DNA of 64,000 nt from Scenedesmus sp. PABB004 (lineage: Eukaryota), in contig JABVCE010000009.1 of the NCBI GenBank assembly GCA_014905635.1, positions 930,001 through 994,000 of the forward strand. Reading direction: 5' to 3'. Below the pieces are notes generated by a model, which saw only the letters and a program-made list of their open reading frames with translations, did no database searches and was not told the origin of the DNA. Made by a program: the position numbers and the translations under genes. Below are positions 57,769 to 64,000 of this stretch, piece by piece; position 1 is the stretch's first letter, and each line of letters begins with the position of its first letter.

Positions 57769-60481
57769 ATGGTCTACATCGCGCCCCTGCCCGGCAGCGG
57801 GCCCCAGCAGCGCACGCGGCGCAGGCCGGACCAGGCGCCGCCGCCGGGCAGGGAGCCGGCGCGCGCACACCAGCAGCACGCCGCTGGCGGCAAGCCCGCG
57901 GCGCGCGGCCGCCGCGCGCGGGCGCCGCCGCCCGCCGGGGCCGAACCGGTGCAGGAGCTGAGTGAGTCGCGCCGGCGCCGCCGACGGGCGCCGCTGCGCG
58001 CGCGGCGGCCCACCACGTTCGGCGCCCGCCGCCTCGCAGCCCGCCAGGCGGCGCTCGCCTCGGCCGTCCTCGCGCGCGAGCAGGCGGCGCTGGCGGCGCT
58101 CGGCGGCCCGCAGCAGGGCGCCGCGCAGCAGGCGCGCGGGCCGGCGGCCGGCCGCGTCCACCACCGATTCCACGACGCGCCGGCCAAGGCGGCCGACCCC
58201 GCTCGCGTGCCGGGCCTCAGCGGCGGCGGCGCGGTGCAGACGCCGGCGGCGCTCGGCCGCGGCGACAGCGGCGCCGCCTTCCCCGACGGGTGCCTGGCGG
58301 CCTCGCACTGCGAGGCGCGGGACAGCTGCTGCTGGGAGCAGCAGCAAGACAAGCAGCCGCTGCAGCACCACCACCACCACCACCACGACCAGCAGCAGCA
58401 GCAGCAGCACGAGGGCAGCCGGTCGCTGCAGGCGCAGCAGCAGCTCGCAGCCGACGCGCTCGCGGCCGCGGCGGCGCACCCCGACCCAGGGCTGCGCGCG
58501 CAGCTCACCAAAGAGGCTCGCCAGAGGTTGTACAAGGTGCGGCGGCACGCCGTTGCGGCGGTCCGGGCCGCCCGCCGCCCGACCCACGCCCGCCGCTGCT
58601 GCCGCGCCCCGCGCCGCGCAGCTGGAGCTGGAGCAGCAGATTGCCGATCGCGAGGCGGCGCGCGCGGCCGCCAGGGCCGCCACGGCCGCGCGCGACGCGA
58701 CCGAGGCGAGCCGCACGGCCGCGCCGGCGCCGTGGGACCCCGCCGCGCGCGCGGGGCGCTGGGGCGGCGGCGGCGAGCCGCTGCGCGCGGTCGACGGCGC
58801 GCCCGTGGCGGACCTGCGGGGCATGCGGGACCGGCTGCCGCCGCCGGGCGCGGAGCCGTCGTTCGGGGCGCGGCCGGAGGCGCAGGGCCCGCGGCGGCCG
58901 CAGGCGCCGCAGCCGCCGGGCGGCCTCGACGCCGGCGTGGCGCTGGGTGGGAGCCTCGGCGGCCGCGCGTCCCCGGGCGCGCTCGACGCGAGCGTCAGCA
59001 GGTCGGCGGGCTTCATGTCGGCGATTGGTCAGCTCAAGGTGAGCTGGGCGGGCGCCAGGGCCCAGCGCTGCCACCCACACCCTAAACCCACTCGCCCCGC
59101 CCCGCCGCCGCCCGCAGCCGGGCCCCTCGGAGCAGCAGCGCGCGGCGGCGGGCGCGGCGCGCGCGCAGCTGCTGGCCGACCTCGAGGCGCAGGTCGCCGA
59201 CAAGGCGGCCCGCGCCGCGGCGGCCGCGGCGGCGGAGGCGGCGCGCGCGGCGCGGGAGGAGGAGGCGTTCCGCCGCCACGCCCAGCAGCAGCAGCAGCAG
59301 GGGAGCCCGGGCCAGGCGGGCCTCGCCGCCAGTGCCAGTGCCAGCCAGGCGTGGCTCGGCGGCGTCGGCAGCGCGCTGGACGCGAGCGCGCCCTGCGGGG
59401 CGGCGCCGGGGCCGGCGGCGCCCGAGCGCGCCAGCCGCGGCGGGGCAGTCGCGACCGCCCCGGCCCCGGCGGCAGCGGCGCGCAAGGGGCGCAGCCGGCG
59501 CGTGATGGACGCGCCCTGGCTGGACCAGCTGCAGCCCCAGCAGGCCGCGCCTGCCGCCGCCGCTGCCAAGGAGGCACCGCCGCTGCCGGCCGTGGACAGC
59601 GCCGCCACGCTGCCGGCGCCGCAGGTGGCGCCGCCGCGCGCGGAGGCCTCGGCGCCGCGCGGCGCGGCGCGCGCCGGCAGCGGCCAGCTGTCAGCCGCAC
59701 TGCAGGAGCTGCAGCACGAGCAGGCGCTCATTTGGGAGGAGTTTGGCCGCCAGGCGCAGGCGCTCGAGCTGCTGCTGGAGGAGCGCCAGGCCGCGCCGCC
59801 GCCAGTGCCGCCGCCGCAGCACCACGGCCACCACCAGCGTGGCAGGCGGCCGTTGCCTGCCCAGTGGCGCAGCCAGGCCGAGCGGCCCGCCAGCGCCGGC
59901 AGCGGCGGCCGCGGCGGCGGTGCATCTGACGAGGAGCTCCAGGGCGACTGCTGCCTGGGCGGCTTTGTCGTCGAAACGCAGCTGGTGCGCACGCGGCGGG
60001 CACGCGGCTGACGCGCCGTTGGCTGGACTGCGCGCTGAGCCGGCACGCCACGCCGCCCCCCGCCGCGCAGGTGCCGCTCGGCGCGGCTGCCCTCCCTGCA
60101 GCTGGCGGCAGCTCGGCGGACGGCGGGGCACCGACGCCGCGCGTGCAGCTGATGCGGCTGCCGCCCGAGGCGGCGGGCAGCTGCTGCAGCCCTGGCGGCG
60201 ACGCGGCGGCGCGCCGGCGCGCCGGCAGGTACGCGCTCGGGGGCGAGGCCTCGACCGCCAGCACCGCCTCGTGCGCGCCGCAGCAGCAGCAGCAGCAGCG
60301 CGGCGGCGGGGCCGGCGGCGGCAGGGCCGCGGCGCGGCCGCCGGCGTCGCCGCCCATATTGCGGGGGGACCGCGACGCGGACGCGCCGCCGGCGTGGTGC
60401 GCGAGCAGCGGCAGCTGCACCAAGCCGCGCGGGGCGCGGGCGGCGCCCGGCGGCGGCGGCGGCGCGCGGCGGCGGCCGTGA
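57769..60481 (+). CDS. Coiled-coil low-complexity protein with a CSPP1/CCDC66-like motif, multi-exon
   Basis: QRLYK|LELEQQIADRE, PW...GRWGGGGEPLRAVDGAPVADLRGM (resembles the recalled CSPP1 GGGGAPLRD..G....DL motif) and QLLADLEAQVADK. Exon ends are approximate. Confidence 0.55.
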
Positions 60482-60591
60482 CTGACGCGGGTTGAGCGGC
60501 CAATCTCCCTTGCGCCCCTTACGCGTAACACGCCCGACCGCACCGCCGACAACACGGCCCCTCCGCCGCCCGGCGCCGCCCGGCCGCGCGG

Positions 60592-63500
60592 CTAGAGCTT
60601 GCTCGGCGGGCGCGGCACGAAGCCGGCAAACAGCCTGCGCAGCGTCACCTTGCTCACCTTGCCCGTCGCGGTGTACGGCAGCGCCGGCACGAGCGCGACG
60701 TCGTCCGGCACCGCAAACTTGGCCACGCTGGGCTTGGCGCGCATGAAGTCAAGCACCGACCGCCGAAGCGCCAGCCGCGCGTCGTCGTCGGGCGCTGCGC
60801 GGCGGGCGCGGCGTGGCGTTGGCGCCGGCCGCGGTGCAGGCCGTGGCGGCGCGGGCTGGCGGCGCGCGCCGCCGCGCGGCAGCCACAGCCGGCGGCGCGC
60901 ACCCGCGCCCGGCTTGGGCACCACCACGAGCAGCGGGCGCTCGCCGTAGCGCTCGTCCGGCAAGGCGATGACCGCGGCCTCAAGCACCTGCGCCGCGCAC
61001 CCGGCGGGGCCCCCGCGGCGGGCCCGCGCGTCTCGCCGCCGCGGCCGCGCGAGCGCGCCCGCCCGCCGGGCCAGGGGCCGCGCAGCGGCGGCGCCGCGCT
61101 CACCCCGGGGCAGGCCATTGCCGCGTTCTCCAGCGCGATTGAGCTGATCCACTCGCCGCCGCTCTTGATCACGTCCTTGGACCTGAGCGGGCAGCGCGGT
61201 GCCGGAGCTCGTACGCAGGGCCCGCGCGGTGCAGGCGCGCGCGGCACGGGCGGCGGGCCGCGCTGCACGCTGCGCTGCACGCTGCGCTGCGCCGCCCTCT
61301 CGCCTGTCCGTGATGCGCATGCCGCCGCACGCGTCGATGCTCGCGACGTCGCCGGTGTCAAACCAGCGCCCCGCGCCGGGGTCGACCGCGGGCGACGCGT
61401 GGCGGTGGTAGCGCTGCACCACGATGGGCCCACGCACCTGCCCGAGCGCGCGTGGCGGCGGAGGCGGCGGCGGCGGCGGCCGGCTGCTCAGCGGCGGGCG
61501 CTCGGGAGGGGCGGACCGCCGCAGCCCGGCCGCGCGCGGCGCGCCCGCCCGGCGCGGCGCGGCGCGCGCCTGCAGGCTGCCGACCGCCGCGCCGTCGCGC
61601 GGCAGCTCGGCGCCGTCGGGGCCGACGATGCGCATGTCGCACAGCACGTGCGGCCGGCCCTGGCCGACCTTGCGGTCCACGCTCTCCTCGCGCGTCATCC
61701 CCGCCGCGGCCTGGGGCCCCGTGGGCGCGCCGAGGGAGCCGAGGGGCGACAGCTCAGTCATGCCCCACATGTGAGACACGGCCACGCCGTGCCTGCGCGG
61801 CGCGGCGCGGCGCGGCGCGGCGCGGCGCGGCGCGGCGGCGGGTCTCAGCACGGCGGGGCTCGCGCGCGGGCGGGGCTGGGGGGCTGACGCGCGCCGCCCG
61901 CCGCGCACCGCCGTGCAACCGCCCCGCCCGCCGGCCGCCCGCACACCGCCCCGCCCGCGCCGCGCGCCGCACCGCTCGATGGCTTCAATCATCGCCCGCG
62001 GCGGCGCGGCGCCGCCGATGATGATGCGGCGCAACGCGCCGCCCAGGCCCGTGCCGTGCGCCTCGGCGTGCTGCAGCAGGCCCAGCAGCACCGTCGGCAC
62101 CGCCGCGGTCAAGTCGACCTGCGCGGCGGCGGCGCGCGTTTGAGGCGGCGCCCCCTGCTGCGGGGGCTGGGCGCGGCGCGGCGGCGCCCGCGGTGTGTGT
62201 GGGCGCGCGCCGCGCCGCACGCGGTGCGTGTTGATCAGCTGGTGAATGGCCGCGCCGTCGAGGGCGGGCCCCGGCAGCACCAGCCGCGCGCCGACCATGG
62301 GCGCCGCAAAGCTCAGCCCCCAGCTGTTGGCGTGAAACATCGGCACGATCTGGGCGCATGTGTGCGCACGGCGCGCCGCGCGGGCGGCGCGTGGGCGGCG
62401 CGCACTTTCGGGCGGCGCGAGCGGCCCACGCGGGGTGAAGCGCAGCGCCCGCGCGGGACGCGGCGGCCCGCCCCGCACGCGCGTCACCATGAGCATGGAG
62501 CTGGTGGCGCTGAGCGCGAGCGCGTCCGGCTGGGTGACCACGAATGCGTGCAGGAAGTTGCTGCGGTGGCTGTAGCGCACGCCCTTGGGCCTGCCTGCGG
62601 CGCGCGCGGGGCGGCGGCGACGACGCACGTGCACACAGGGGCGGCGTGCCCGCTCGGCGGTCCGTGTGCTCGTCGCGGCCAGCCACGCTGCCAGCGCGCG
62701 CGGCTGGCCGCGCACCCGTGGTGCCGGAGGTGTAGCAGAGGCCGGCGGGCGCGTTCTCGTCGAGGCGCGGCCACGCAAACCCCGCCAGCGCGTGCGCCGC
62801 GCCGTCGAGCAGCTCCTCATAGCAGAGCAGGCGGCGCGGCAGGCCCGGACCGCCCGGCGCGGGCATGTGCTGCCGGTCCGTCAGCAGCACGACCGCCTCG
62901 AGGCGGGGCAGGCTGCCGGCGATGCGCGCCAGCACAGGCAGGAAGGTCACGTCTGCCAGGATGACCTGGCGGCGCGTGCGCGCGGCGCAGCAGGGGGCGG
63001 CGGCGCCCCGTCGGCCGGCGGAGGGGCCGCAGCACGAGCGAGCCCGCAAGGCACGGCGCGCAGGGCACGGCGCGCAGGGCACGGCGCGCACGGCGAGGCG
63101 AAGCGGCGCGCAATAGGCACGGCGGGGTGCCGGGGGCGGCGAGCCCCCGCGCGCGCGCCCCGGTGGCGGCGGCGCGGCCGCGCCTTGTCCTGGCCGTGGT
63201 CGGCGATGTACCTGATGTCCTCGTCGCTCAGCCGCGGGTTGAGCGTGTGGCAGACGGCGCCAATGCCCATGATGCCGTACCTGCACGCGCGCCGCCGCGG
63301 TGCGCGCCGCCGCTCAGCGCCCGCCGGTGTCGCGCCGGCCGGCACGCCGTGCCAGCGCGGCGCGGCGCGGCGCGGCGTGGCGCGTCGCGCACCAGGCCTC
63401 GAGGTGGCGCGTCGTGTTCCAGGCGAGCGTGCCGACGACATCGCCGTGGCGCACGCCCAGCGCGCGCAGCGCGAGCGCGGCCAGGCGCGCGCGGCGGCCG

Positions 63501-63649
63501 AGGTCGCCATAGTTGCTGATGACCGTGGGGCCCTCCACCGTGCGGCACACGATCTCCGTGCTGCTGTGCCAGCGCTCCGCGTACTCGAGCACGGCCGTCA
63601 CCACGAGCGGCCAGTCCTGCATGCGCCCGCCGTCGTCGTCGGCGTCCAT
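60592..63649 (-). CDS. AMP-dependent acyl-CoA ligase (bacterial DmdB/AlkK-like clade) with PTS1 SKL, multi-exon
   Basis: [131 protein letters not shown]; ends PSKL*. Alternative start at 63673. Confidence 0.92.
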
Positions 63650-64000
63650 GGCTGCTGTGGACGCCCGCCCCATGGCAGCGCGCGCCGACGGCCGACGGCG
63701 ACGGCGGCAGCGCCTGGTAGCGACGGCGACGGCGCGGCGCGGCCGGCGGCCGGCGGCGACGGCGCGGCGCGCGGAGACGGCCGAGCAGCGCTTGGCGGCA
63801 GCCGCGGCCGGCCGTGCAACCGTGCGACCGCGACGATGAGTGGCACGCAACGCGCTGCGCGGCGTTGCGGCAGGCGGGCTGAGGAGCGCGGGGCGGCGCG
63901 GCAGCAGCAGCGTGCGCGGGTGCTGAGCTCCTCGAGCTGCGGAGCCCCGCAGCGGCGCGGCGGCTGCTACGGCGAGTGACAGCTGTGGCGGGCCGGACGC

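Noticed and set aside
2292..63391. Introner-like mobile intron family
   Set aside because: Introns share only short splice-end motifs and low-complexity GC content; no extended identity between introns was visible.
179..63979. Hundreds of long overlapping Ala/Arg/Pro/Gly-rich ORFs in the track
   Set aside because: Stop codons are rare at this GC content. These are antisense, off-frame or intron read-through products with no motifs.
1..64000. tRNA or rRNA genes
   Set aside because: None recognisable by eye; a tRNAscan/Rfam run would be needed to exclude them.

Overview
Eukaryotic nuclear DNA of extreme GC content (judged by eye, not computed), with compact genes and many short introns. The gene set (glucan water dikinase, plastid glucose transporter, Aurora-like kinase) points to a chlorophyte green alga. 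Most long ORFs in the supplied track are GC-richness artefacts, so gene models were rebuilt by hand-splicing; coordinates are gene spans. There are 17 host genes: FAR (partial), enoyl-CoA isomerase, GWD, an LRR-like protein, ABCA, an Aurora-like kinase, a CBM1-like x3 + GH5 glycanase, an NHA-type Na+/H+ antiporter, an M1AP-like protein, a CAT amino-acid transporter, pGlcT, an OB-fold protein, an Acinus-like protein, an ORP/OSBP, GET3, a CSPP1-like protein and a PTS1-bearing acyl-CoA ligase. The standout is at ~46.5-47.6 kb: an intronless, frameshifted Fanzor (eukaryotic TnpB-like RNA-guided nuclease) remnant with intact RuvC-II/III and zinc-finger motifs. It is followed immediately by a ~220-nt hairpin-rich non-coding segment, a candidate omega-RNA. 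Other signals include an ORP lacking the PI4P-binding fingerprint (EQVSQQPP), frequent GC-AG introns and an intronic TGAGTCA array. All family assignments rest on recalled motifs; no searches were run.
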